A stretch of DNA of 25,217 nucleotides from a virus. Shown here piece by piece: positions 1-8,006 of this stretch. The DNA is taken from IMG/VR virus record IMGVR_UViG_3300027904_000001. One strand, 5' to 3'. The notes under the pieces were generated by a model. The model saw only the letters and a program-made list of their open reading frames with translations, did not search any database and was not told where the DNA came from. The first letter of the stretch is position 1, and each line of letters begins with the position of its first letter. The position numbers and the translations under genes are program-made.

Positions 1-364
1 AAATATTGCAATATTTAATAACACAGGTCAAGTAATAGGCTCAGATACTGCTATTAATGATTTAGCTGAAGAATTTTCGTTAGCAAATACTAATTCAATT
101 GAATTAGAAATGGATGAAAACAGAGAAATAATTGCAAATGCAAGAATTTCACAACAATCAAATAATCAATTGTCAGAGTTATCAGATGGTCTATTTGTAT
201 CTGTTTCACCTAAGCCTATTCCAGCGGGTGAAATCGTTGTAGGTACCGGTTTAGACATAACTACAAGCGGAAAAACAATAGTTAATACATTAGATACTAC
301 ATTAGCACTTAATGTTCCTACTGTGGGAGCTGTAATCGATGCTTTGGTAATCGGTACATTTTGA
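1..364 (+). CDS. 5'-truncated CDS of unknown structural function (possibly the portal or capsid C-terminus), ending at 364
   Basis: Frame 2 is open from position 2 to the stop at 362-364. This continues the 110..364 ORF upstream, with no stop before the window edge. It sits 16 nt upstream of the next gene on the same strand. No recognisable motif. Confidence 0.5.
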   Translation, partial: NIAIFNNTGQVIGSDTAINDLAEEFSLANTNSIELEMDENREIIANARISQQSNNQLSELSDGLFVSVSPKPIPAGEIVVGTGLDITTSGKTIVNTLDTTLALNVPTVGAVIDALVIGTF

Positions 365-380
365 TTAAGGGGTTGGTATT

Positions 381-2603
381 TTGGACGTGAAATTGCCAAT
401 TGAACGAGGTACACAAGAAAGATATGACAGTTTAACTCCTGACCCGAGCAAATTGTACATTACAGAGGAACATATTTATGACGGAAATAAATTATTATAT
501 GAACAAGAAGTTGAACATTTAGACGACGACATAAGACATATAACTAATGATGAAAGAGAATATTGGAATAGTTTGGCATTCTCAGGTGGCGGAGGAGGGA
601 CGTCAGTCATTGAATGGAAACCGAGAGCAGAAAGAGTTGATTGGTGGTATCCAAATCCAATAGCTGAATTTCTTGGGAATAGAGCTTATTTTGCGAATGG
701 ATGTTACCATGAAGGCTATTTTTATATGGGTGGTGGGCATAGTGGTGATAGACATGCTCGTTTGAATTTGTTTAGCCGATATAATATATTTGAGAAACGA
801 TGGGAGATGTTACCTGATTCACTTTGGAATACTTATGCATATACCTCTTTTTATGGAAATAAAGAATATATATATGTAGTAAGTGGGCATTACACACCTG
901 ACCCTAGAAATGGGCTAAAAAGATATCATATTCCTACAAAACAATGGGAAAGACTTGCTAATGGCCCAGTGGCTAATATGAATAATAATAGAGGTGGATT
1001 TATCAATGATACTTTATATGTATTAACAGGAACATCTTTATATTCATATGACCCGGTATTAAATCAATGGTCAGGACCTTTGGCATCACCGGGATTTTCT
1101 ACGGATTATGCCTCTGTTGCTATATATCAAAATGAACTTTATGTATTTGGTGCTGTAACAGCGGGTCATGCAGCAAAATACAACCCAATAATGAATACCT
1201 GGACAACGTTAGTAAATGCTAGCACAACAAGCGTTCAAGGCTGGGGGTGTTTAATTGGTAGCAAAATTTATGTTATGGGGAATGCTACTAACTATAAAGT
1301 TTATGATATCCCTACTAATTCATGGACTAACTTAACTGCATTGCCTATAACTATATATCAGCGAGTGGGATTGACAGATGGGAATATTCTTTATTTTATA
1401 GGTGCGGATGCAAATTATACGGCAACGCTTATTCAAGACCCTTTAGTAAGTACAAGCGTATGGAATAGATTTGCATTGGCAGATGCATTATCTTCAATGG
1501 ACAGATGTTCGTTTGCAAGATATAAAGATAAAGTATTTATAGGCGGTGGTGAGTATACCCCTGGCCAATTAATTTCATTTAACCTAAAAACATACGAATT
1601 TGTGCATGAAGGAAATACTTATACAGAATTAACCGGTGGATGGGCTGAATTAAGACATGCCGCAGCATTTGAATATAATGAAGAATTATATTTTGTTGGC
1701 AACCTATCATCTTCAAATGTTTTTAGGAAGTATAATATAAATAACAGAAAATGGGAACAATTGCCTAATTTGCCGTTTAATGTGAGTGGTGCTACATATA
1801 AACTAGGATCTATTGTTTTAAATGATGAGGCTTATATATGTCAAGGACAAGTACCGCCATATAATAATTTTGCAAAGTATAATTTTTCGTTAAATCAATG
1901 GATATTGTTATCTCTAATTCCATGGCAAGCGAGTGGAGGGCATACTACACTTTTTATTTATAAAAATAAAATGTATAGTCAAGAAGGATTGAATATATGG
2001 CAATATAACGAACAAGAAGATACTTGGATATATGATAACGGTACAGTAACTGGAACGCGAAATACTCAGACTGTATCGGGAACTATAGCCGCCGCAGGCT
2101 TAGCTACTAGTCTTACGGGCATATTCAATGATGATAATCCCTTAGCTATCAATTCATTTGCACCGGGAGTAAATGCATCATCTATAGAAGATAATGGTAA
2201 GCTATATATTGTGTCTATGAATGCATCATTTTATCCTATCGAATATGATATTAATAAAAGAATTGGCCGGAGATTGCCCGTTTTTACATTAGCTTTGCAG
2301 GATAGCGGGGTATTTATTGACAATGATTGGTTATATGTGATTTCTCCTGTAGGATATGCAAGCAAAGGATACATTTATATATTTAAATATCATTTGCGTA
2401 GAATGTTGGAACCCGAGATGCCGATCGCAATAATGAACACCGAACAAACATTGTATTATGCATCAAGTCACGATGATTTGTTTTTGACTTTTAAAGGTGA
2501 AAAAATACCAACTGAAACATTTTGGAAGCCGCCAATTAATGGCATAATAATGACGGGCTGGTCAGAATCAGTAGAAGGTGTAGTTAGATTATTTTTATCA
2601 TAA
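381..2603 (+). CDS. Kelch-like tandem beta-propeller repeat protein, possibly a virion fibre or receptor-binding protein; paralog of 17353..19638
   Basis: TTG start at 381 with AAGGGG 5-10 nt upstream. There are about 10 repeats of the Kelch-like pattern (hydrophobic-Y-hydrophobic-G-G ... Y/F-N/D-P-x-T/N-x-W-x-x-L), for example YFYMGGG, LYVFGA, IYVMGN, YNPIMNTW, YDIPTNSW. The central and C-terminal parts align colinearly with the 17353..19638 protein at roughly 50-60% identity, while the N-terminal ~130 aa are unrelated. Confidence 0.8.
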   Translation: MDVKLPIERGTQERYDSLTPDPSKLYITEEHIYDGNKLLYEQEVEHLDDDIRHITNDEREYWNSLAFSGGGGGTSVIEWKPRAERVDWWYPNPIAEFLGNRAYFANGCYHEGYFYMGGGHSGDRHARLNLFSRYNIFEKRWEMLPDSLWNTYAYTSFYGNKEYIYVVSGHYTPDPRNGLKRYHIPTKQWERLANGPVANMNNNRGGFINDTLYVLTGTSLYSYDPVLNQWSGPLASPGFSTDYASVAIYQNELYVFGAVTAGHAAKYNPIMNTWTTLVNASTTSVQGWGCLIGSKIYVMGNATNYKVYDIPTNSWTNLTALPITIYQRVGLTDGNILYFIGADANYTATLIQDPLVSTSVWNRFALADALSSMDRCSFARYKDKVFIGGGEYTPGQLISFNLKTYEFVHEGNTYTELTGGWAELRHAAAFEYNEELYFVGNLSSSNVFRKYNINNRKWEQLPNLPFNVSGATYKLGSIVLNDEAYICQGQVPPYNNFAKYNFSLNQWILLSLIPWQASGGHTTLFIYKNKMYSQEGLNIWQYNEQEDTWIYDNGTVTGTRNTQTVSGTIAAAGLATSLTGIFNDDNPLAINSFAPGVNASSIEDNGKLYIVSMNASFYPIEYDINKRIGRRLPVFTLALQDSGVFIDNDWLYVISPVGYASKGYIYIFKYHLRRMLEPEMPIAIMNTEQTLYYASSHDDLFLTFKGEKIPTETFWKPPINGIIMTGWSESVEGVVRLFLS

Positions 2604-2618
2604 GAAAGGGGAGTATGA

Positions 2619-2972
2619 ATGTATACTTATGAAATATGGGACAAAAAGACATCTATCAATGGTGTGCCAGCGGATAAAGTACTTCAGCAATTTAATGATG
2701 TTGGTAGGGGTTACGTGTATCTTATTCTATTCAACGATCAAGTGATATCAATCCAGCCGCATGACCCTTATAAATCCGGATTTATTGCTATGACAAAAAC
2801 AACAGCTATAAAGCATGCCCAAAAACAAGTGGATGATCTTAATGAAGTATTAACAAAGGCTGATACTAAAGAAGAGTATGAATATGAAGATAGCTATAAA
2901 GATGATTTTACAGATGATTATGCATATACAAAAGATTATGATTATGAAATGAGCGATTATTATGAAATTTAA
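2619..2972 (+). CDS. small hypothetical protein with a strongly acidic Asp/Tyr/Glu-rich C-terminal tail
   Basis: GGGGAG RBS before the ATG at 2619. The C-terminal 40 aa read EEYEYEDSYKDDFTDDYAYTKDYDYEMSDYYEI. Its stop overlaps the next start, indicating translational coupling. Confidence 0.6.
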   Translation: MYTYEIWDKKTSINGVPADKVLQQFNDVGRGYVYLILFNDQVISIQPHDPYKSGFIAMTKTTAIKHAQKQVDDLNEVLTKADTKEEYEYEDSYKDDFTDDYAYTKDYDYEMSDYYEI

Positions 2973-3225
2973 GGATAAGAAGACAGGATATATAAAAGAT
3001 GCAAAAAATAATGAGTTTCTAATAATGTTATATTCAAAATATCCTGATAGATACGAATCATTAAAAGATGATTTAGATCCACCATCTAGACGAATTAACT
3101 ATCCTCCAAAAGGATCGCCAAAACATGAGTTATCAAGGATTGAACAAAAAAAAAATCTACCAAAATCAAGAACACGGAAGAAAAAATCATCAAGAGATGA
3201 CGGACATGACCCTTTAATAAATTAG
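2962..3225 (+). CDS. small, highly basic Lys/Arg-rich hypothetical protein
   Basis: The ATG at 2962 overlaps the upstream stop. The 87-aa product is rich in K and R (for example KSRTRKKKSSRDD). It lies directly upstream of the minor head protein gene. Confidence 0.55.
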   Translation: MKFKDKKTGYIKDAKNNEFLIMLYSKYPDRYESLKDDLDPPSRRINYPPKGSPKHELSRIEQKKNLPKSRTRKKKSSRDDGHDPLIN

Positions 3226-3233
3226 GTGATTAA

Positions 3234-4574
3234 ATGTTGACTGAAAGACAAATGATAACTTTACCCGCTCCAATTGTAAATAAATTTATAAGCTTAGAAA
3301 CGGATGTTATCAAAATGATAGCAAGCCGGATAAAAGCGATAGCTGAGTTAGATACTGAGGATTCTTACAAATTAGCCATAATCAAAAATATAGACAATGA
3401 TTTAGAATATATAAACAATCAATTAAATGATATATTAGCCGGGATAAAAGATGAAATTCATGAGATATATAGTAAAGCTATTGAATCTGAATACAATGAT
3501 TTTTTATCAGATATAGCGGAAAAGATTGTTTTATTATTGCCATTAATATCTGTTTTACCTTTTGCAAATATAATAGCTATTGTATCATCGATTATATCAA
3601 CATCTGCATTGCCATTCAGACGGAAAAGCAGTGAAATGCCTCTGGATACACGATCTATGCTTCAAAGGATAAAAGATCGTGTATTTCCACCCGGAATTGA
3701 GGAAGAGCCTACAGTAGAAAAGCGGTCTATATTCCAAAGATTAAGAGATTTTATTTTTCCATTTAGAAGAAATGATGAAATTCAAACTGCTATAAACATT
3801 GTAACGGATGAGACAACAAATCATATTAAAAATATAACTGAAACTATAGGGTTTCTTAATGTGAATAATGAGTTTAAATCATTACATGAGTTCTATGTAG
3901 ATATCTTAAACAAGGCTGTTACTAATATATATGAGGGGAAGGAAACGTTTTACAATGAGATGCGAAAGACTATTCGAATTATCGCAGATCGCGGATTAAC
4001 TCATGTAGAATATGAATCCGGTCGAAGATTAAGGCTTGATACTGCTGTAAGAACTGCTTTGAACGGCGGGAGATCAAGATTAGCACTTGAAGCAGCTAGA
4101 ATAAATGGTGAAAAATTCGGAGCAGATGGCATGGAAATTTCGTGGCATTCGGCACCAAGGCCATCACATGAATTTATGGGTGGACAACAATATAATATGG
4201 GTACGTTTAATCGAGATATAGTGCCTTTTTTGATGGAAGCAAATTGTTATCATCATGCGTTCCCGATAATTTTGGGTATTTCTATGCCTATTTTTACTCA
4301 AGAAGAAATTAAAGAAATGAATGCAAAAGACAGGGAATTAATGAGATATGGAGACAAAACATATACTAAATATGAAGCTGTACAAGTTCAACGAAAAATA
4401 GAAGCAGCAATCCGGAGAGAAAAAGACAGAGTAACAGCTTTTAAAGCAGCAGGTGATGATGAAGCTGCTAAAATTGCAAGAGCAAAAGCACGAGTATTAA
4501 ATAACCAATATAAAACATTTAGTCAAGCATTAGGGTTAGACATGTATCCTCAACGTACAGCAGGCGTGCTTTAA
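3234..4574 (+). CDS. phage minor head (head morphogenesis) protein, Mu F / SPP1 gp7-like domain
   Basis: AGGTGATTAA-ATG start context. Central motif DTAVRTALNGGRSRLALEAARINGEKFGADGMEISWHSAPRPSHEFMGGQQY ... ANCYHHAFP matches the Phage_Mu_F signature (RTxxxxG ... RxxH ... G ... NCxC/H). The C-terminus is predicted coiled coil. Confidence 0.8.
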   Translation: MLTERQMITLPAPIVNKFISLETDVIKMIASRIKAIAELDTEDSYKLAIIKNIDNDLEYINNQLNDILAGIKDEIHEIYSKAIESEYNDFLSDIAEKIVLLLPLISVLPFANIIAIVSSIISTSALPFRRKSSEMPLDTRSMLQRIKDRVFPPGIEEEPTVEKRSIFQRLRDFIFPFRRNDEIQTAINIVTDETTNHIKNITETIGFLNVNNEFKSLHEFYVDILNKAVTNIYEGKETFYNEMRKTIRIIADRGLTHVEYESGRRLRLDTAVRTALNGGRSRLALEAARINGEKFGADGMEISWHSAPRPSHEFMGGQQYNMGTFNRDIVPFLMEANCYHHAFPIILGISMPIFTQEEIKEMNAKDRELMRYGDKTYTKYEAVQVQRKIEAAIRREKDRVTAFKAAGDDEAAKIARAKARVLNNQYKTFSQALGLDMYPQRTAGVL

Positions 4575-4610
4575 TGAGAATCATTTTTTTTAATTAAGCA
4601 GGTGATTAAA

Positions 4611-5000
4611 ATGCATTTAACATATGATAATTATGTAGAACTTGGATTTGACATTATCCCGGAAGAAAATTTTGACAGATTCTCTGTAATGGCAAGTCTT
4701 TATGTGGATCGTATAACCATGAATCGGTTGTATTCTGAAAAGCCAAGTTATAATAATCTTTTAGGCATAGCTGAAATAGCTGATTTTTTTTACAGAGAAT
4801 ATCAAGCAGATTTGTTATTACAAGAACAGTTAGCTAGCAATAACGGAAGATTAATCAGCGGATTTAAAAATGATACCTATTCTGAAAGTTATGCAGTTGA
4901 TACGCGTAGTGAATCAGATAAAATAGCAGATAGAAATGCTAAATTGCGTGAATATCATAAATATTTTCAGTTATCACAACTTTATAGGGGATTCAGATAA
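4611..5000 (+). CDS. putative head-tail connector/adaptor protein (gp6/gp15-like)
   Basis: The ORF track starts at a GTG at 4602, but that GTG lies inside the AGGTGA Shine-Dalgarno (4600-4605). The ATG at 4611 is the likely start. Size (~130 aa) and position after the MuF-like gene fit a connector. Assignment is by position and loose motif similarity only. Confidence 0.45.
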   Translation: MHLTYDNYVELGFDIIPEENFDRFSVMASLYVDRITMNRLYSEKPSYNNLLGIAEIADFFYREYQADLLLQEQLASNNGRLISGFKNDTYSESYAVDTRSESDKIADRNAKLREYHKYFQLSQLYRGFR

Positions 5001-5431
5001 TGTCCAAATTATTAGGTGCACATCAAACTATGACTATTTGGAACAAATATCGCAATGATGGGCTAGATGCTTGGCAAAGACATATTGTGCCTGATTGCAC
5101 ATGGAGAAAAACTTCAATTAAAACTATAAGTGCCTCTGGAATAGCTAATATTGCCGATTATATTGTTGTGTTAATAAGTGACAATAAAAGCTATATGACT
5201 TTTGATGATTGGAAATTGTTAAGCGATGACGGGAAAAAATACTTTTTTACCATTCAAACTGGAGATTTAGTGGCATTGGGCAAATATAGTATTGAAATAT
5301 TGCTTGATTCTCCCTATAGAGAAATCGAAGTCAAGGAATTGCTTAAACCAGATGTCATAAATATTAAAAGTTTTAGGGTCAATAACTTTGATCATATGTT
5401 AGGTAAACATATAAAATTAGAGGGGGTTTAA
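5000..5431 (+). CDS. putative head-tail joining / neck protein
   Basis: ATAATG overlap with the upstream stop indicates coupling. AGGGGA RBS. The 143-aa product sits in the neck-gene position of the module. Confidence 0.45.
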   Translation: MSKLLGAHQTMTIWNKYRNDGLDAWQRHIVPDCTWRKTSIKTISASGIANIADYIVVLISDNKSYMTFDDWKLLSDDGKKYFFTIQTGDLVALGKYSIEILLDSPYREIEVKELLKPDVINIKSFRVNNFDHMLGKHIKLEGV

Positions 5432-5440
5432 AGTGATTGA

Positions 5441-5821
5441 ATGACGACTCAGAATATTGATGTCAAGTTTAAATGGAATATAGCTCCAATACAATGGATA
5501 AAAAATAATATAACTAAAAATGAGTCTTCAGTTACCCATATGGCTGTTACATGGCATAAACTTTATTTTGATTTTGTCCCCTTTGACAATGGAGATTTAG
5601 CGAAAAATATAGCAATTACGGTTAAAAATGGTAATAATGCATCTATAGCGCATACTATGCCATATGCTCATTGGGTATATGATGGAACGAAGCGAAATAA
5701 AGGAATTTATAAGAAACGATTTCACCCTTTAGCTTCGAAAGAATGGGATAAGGCAGCTAAAGCTGCGGGACGAGATAAAAAATTACTAGAAGAGATGAAA
5801 AAGTACATCAAAGGTAAATAA
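5441..5821 (+). CDS. putative neck / tail-completion protein (minor-capsid-2-like)
   Basis: 126-aa product. The C-terminus (HPLASKEWDKAAKAAG) resembles small 'minor capsid' neck proteins of Gram-positive siphophages. Recognised from memory only. Confidence 0.45.
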   Translation: MTTQNIDVKFKWNIAPIQWIKNNITKNESSVTHMAVTWHKLYFDFVPFDNGDLAKNIAITVKNGNNASIAHTMPYAHWVYDGTKRNKGIYKKRFHPLASKEWDKAAKAAGRDKKLLEEMKKYIKGK

Positions 5822-5836
5822 AGTTTTGTAAATGGG

Positions 5837-6295
5837 ATGATTTATATAACAATTAATAAGGATTTAAATTTATTCAATTGGCTAAAGACTAATCCTTTGC
5901 TAACTGATACTTTAAAATTTGATTTTCTTGGAGCTGATAATAATAGTTGTAGTATATCACCTATTCCTGAAGATACTACAATAAAAACTTATATAGACGG
6001 TACTAAAGTGAAACAATATTCGTTCGCTTTACAATCGTCTTTTTCAGTTTCTGAGAATACAGATATGATAAATATAGAAAATATGAAAGTTTTAAGGTCT
6101 TGGCAAGATTGGCTAAGCGAACAAAATGGAATAAAAAACTTTCCAGATTTTGGAGAAAATTGTGAGATTTATAAACTAGAAGTATTGTCCAATCCACAAA
6201 TGTCGCAATTCTTTGAAAACGGGATTGCCACATATCAGTTCTTTTTAAGATTAGAATATATCGAATACAAGAATAATAGAAAAGGAGAAAAATAA
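5837..6295 (+). CDS. putative tail terminator / neck protein
   Basis: 152-aa ORF immediately upstream of the major-tail-like gene. Assigned by position only. Confidence 0.4.
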   Translation: MIYITINKDLNLFNWLKTNPLLTDTLKFDFLGADNNSCSISPIPEDTTIKTYIDGTKVKQYSFALQSSFSVSENTDMINIENMKVLRSWQDWLSEQNGIKNFPDFGENCEIYKLEVLSNPQMSQFFENGIATYQFFLRLEYIEYKNNRKGEK

Positions 6296-6297
6296 AA

Positions 6298-6843
6298 ATG
6301 GCAGTATTAGACACAACAATAAGATGGCAAATAGCTGATTTTATAAATGATGCACCTGGTGATGCAATTCCTGAATGGAAGTTTTGCGGCCCGGGATTTA
6401 CTCAATTAGATGAATCGCCAAACGCTCAAACAGATACTACGGCTTATATCTCAGATAGATCGGCAACTACAATAACAACATCTTATCAAGGCGAATTTGC
6501 ATTTTCAATTGACCTAATAACATCTGAACCGTCAATTATATCAATCTACAAGATAGGCAGGAATCAATTGACTGGTTCAGCGGCACAAGTAGAATATGTA
6601 AGAGTGGAATCTTTTTGGCCAAGCGACGAGATATCTGTTTTCCCCGCTAGAAAATTTTTAGTAACGGTAGTTGTTTCTGATATTTCTGGCCCCGGTGCGG
6701 AAAAAATTACCATGAGCGGAACACTAAATCAAATGGGTGATTTTACAGACGGAACATTTAATATCGATACAAAAGAATTCATACCAGGCGAGAGTGATTT
6801 GTCGGTATCTGGTTTATTAGGCGGGAAACCTAACGGTTATTAA
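6298..6843 (+). CDS. putative major tail protein
   Basis: Strong AAGGAGA RBS. 181-aa protein rich in T/S/G. It sits immediately before the chaperone-like genes and the tape measure gene, which is the canonical position of the major tail protein. Confidence 0.55.
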   Translation: MAVLDTTIRWQIADFINDAPGDAIPEWKFCGPGFTQLDESPNAQTDTTAYISDRSATTITTSYQGEFAFSIDLITSEPSIISIYKIGRNQLTGSAAQVEYVRVESFWPSDEISVFPARKFLVTVVVSDISGPGAEKITMSGTLNQMGDFTDGTFNIDTKEFIPGESDLSVSGLLGGKPNGY

Positions 6844-6860
6844 GAAAGGAATGCTAATCA

Positions 6861-7349
6861 ATGCGTGTATTACATTTTGAAGTACCTGATTTCAAACAAT
6901 TTGTGATAAATAATTATCAGTTTAAATTGTTAAAATCAGATATGGATATAATTACAAGATCAACAGAACTGCAAAATAAATATGCATATTTTACCGATAA
7001 AGAAAAATTTGATAAGGATGACCCTAAATCAATCCCTTTAATCCGGGACGCAGTCTTAGAAATTGCTAATTATATTAACGAAACATTAGAAACAGTTGCA
7101 AAAGTAATAACAAATGATAATGGAGATATTATTCAGGTTGTAAAAACATATGAATCGGGAGAATTAACAGCTATTAATGCAATTTTTGGTAATGTTCCCA
7201 TTGGTATGATAGATACTATCTCGTTATTAGGGTTTATCAATACTGAAGTTATTAAAGAGTATAACGCAAGTACTGTTAAAAAATACGGTGAGCAGGAAGA
7301 AAATGTAGATTTAATTGAAACTGATTCAGATGAAGAATATGTACAATAA
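6861..7349 (+). CDS. putative tail assembly chaperone (gpG-like)
   Basis: AAAGGA RBS. 162-aa product with an acidic C-terminus, between the major-tail-like gene and the tape measure gene. Its 3' end overlaps the next ORF by 35 nt. Confidence 0.5.
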   Translation: MRVLHFEVPDFKQFVINNYQFKLLKSDMDIITRSTELQNKYAYFTDKEKFDKDDPKSIPLIRDAVLEIANYINETLETVAKVITNDNGDIIQVVKTYESGELTAINAIFGNVPIGMIDTISLLGFINTEVIKEYNASTVKKYGEQEENVDLIETDSDEEYVQ

Positions 7350-7923
7350 CTTTACATTGTCAATAAATAACAAAGGAAATCTATTCCCTACAAAAATAAT
7401 TTGTGACGGCGAAGATTATAATATTAATTCGGACTTCCGAACAATTCTAAAAGTATTACGATTAAATGAAGATCAAGAAATATTCCCTCAACAAAAATGC
7501 TTAATGATGTTGAAATGGTTTTATACTAACAAATATCCAAATGATTTGCAAAAAGGCATTGAATCATTGTTTGGATTTATTTGTAATAATCCAATTGATG
7601 ATGATGAATCTAAAAAACCACCTCAATATGATTTTGAATATGATGCGGAAGAAATATATATAAGCTTTTTAAAAGATTATGATATTGGTTTAGTTGAAAT
7701 CGATTTTTTACATTGGTACAAGTTTCGCACAATGTTAAGGAATTTATCTGAAGAAAGCCCATTAATGCAACGTATTAGGCTTCGTTTCCTTGATCTAAAG
7801 GATTACAAAGGTAAAAGAAGAGCTGAATTGAGCGAAGCAAAGAAAAAAGTGCAAATACCTGAAAAGATTAATAAAAAAGATAAAGAAGCTAAAGATAATT
7901 TGTTCAAAAGATTGCAAAATTGA
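7315..7923 (+). CDS. Gp15-like tail assembly protein (Listeria A118 gp15 family-like)
   Basis: The motif LHWYKFRTMLRNLSEESPLMQRIRLRF resembles the 'Bacteriophage Gp15' family found between major tail and tape measure genes. Recognised from memory. The start is uncertain: TTG at 7315 or ATG at 7330/7339, none with a good Shine-Dalgarno. Confidence 0.5.
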   Translation: MKLIQMKNMYNNFTLSINNKGNLFPTKIICDGEDYNINSDFRTILKVLRLNEDQEIFPQQKCLMMLKWFYTNKYPNDLQKGIESLFGFICNNPIDDDESKKPPQYDFEYDAEEIYISFLKDYDIGLVEIDFLHWYKFRTMLRNLSEESPLMQRIRLRFLDLKDYKGKRRAELSEAKKKVQIPEKINKKDKEAKDNLFKRLQN

Positions 7924-8006
7924 TAATGTAAAGCAGGTGATTTAATATAGCAGCGGGGACAATTGAAATTTCGACTGTTCTTGACACAGCCGAATTAAAA
8001 TCGGCA

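Noticed and set aside
166-414. Minus-strand 82-aa ORF overlapping the end of the first gene
   Set aside because: Fully antisense to a well-supported + strand gene, with no RBS. Typical shadow ORF in AT-rich DNA.
6003-6314. Minus-strand 103-aa ORF inside 5837..6295
   Set aside because: Antisense shadow ORF, hydrophobic low-complexity translation, no RBS.
7315-7349. Possible programmed translational frameshift joining 6861..7349 and 7315..7923 (G/GT-type chaperone)
   Set aside because: The downstream ORF is in the +1 frame relative to the upstream one, not -1. There is no slippery heptamer in the 35-nt overlap. The downstream protein resembles a stand-alone Gp15-type family. A frameshift cannot be excluded but is not supported by the sequence.
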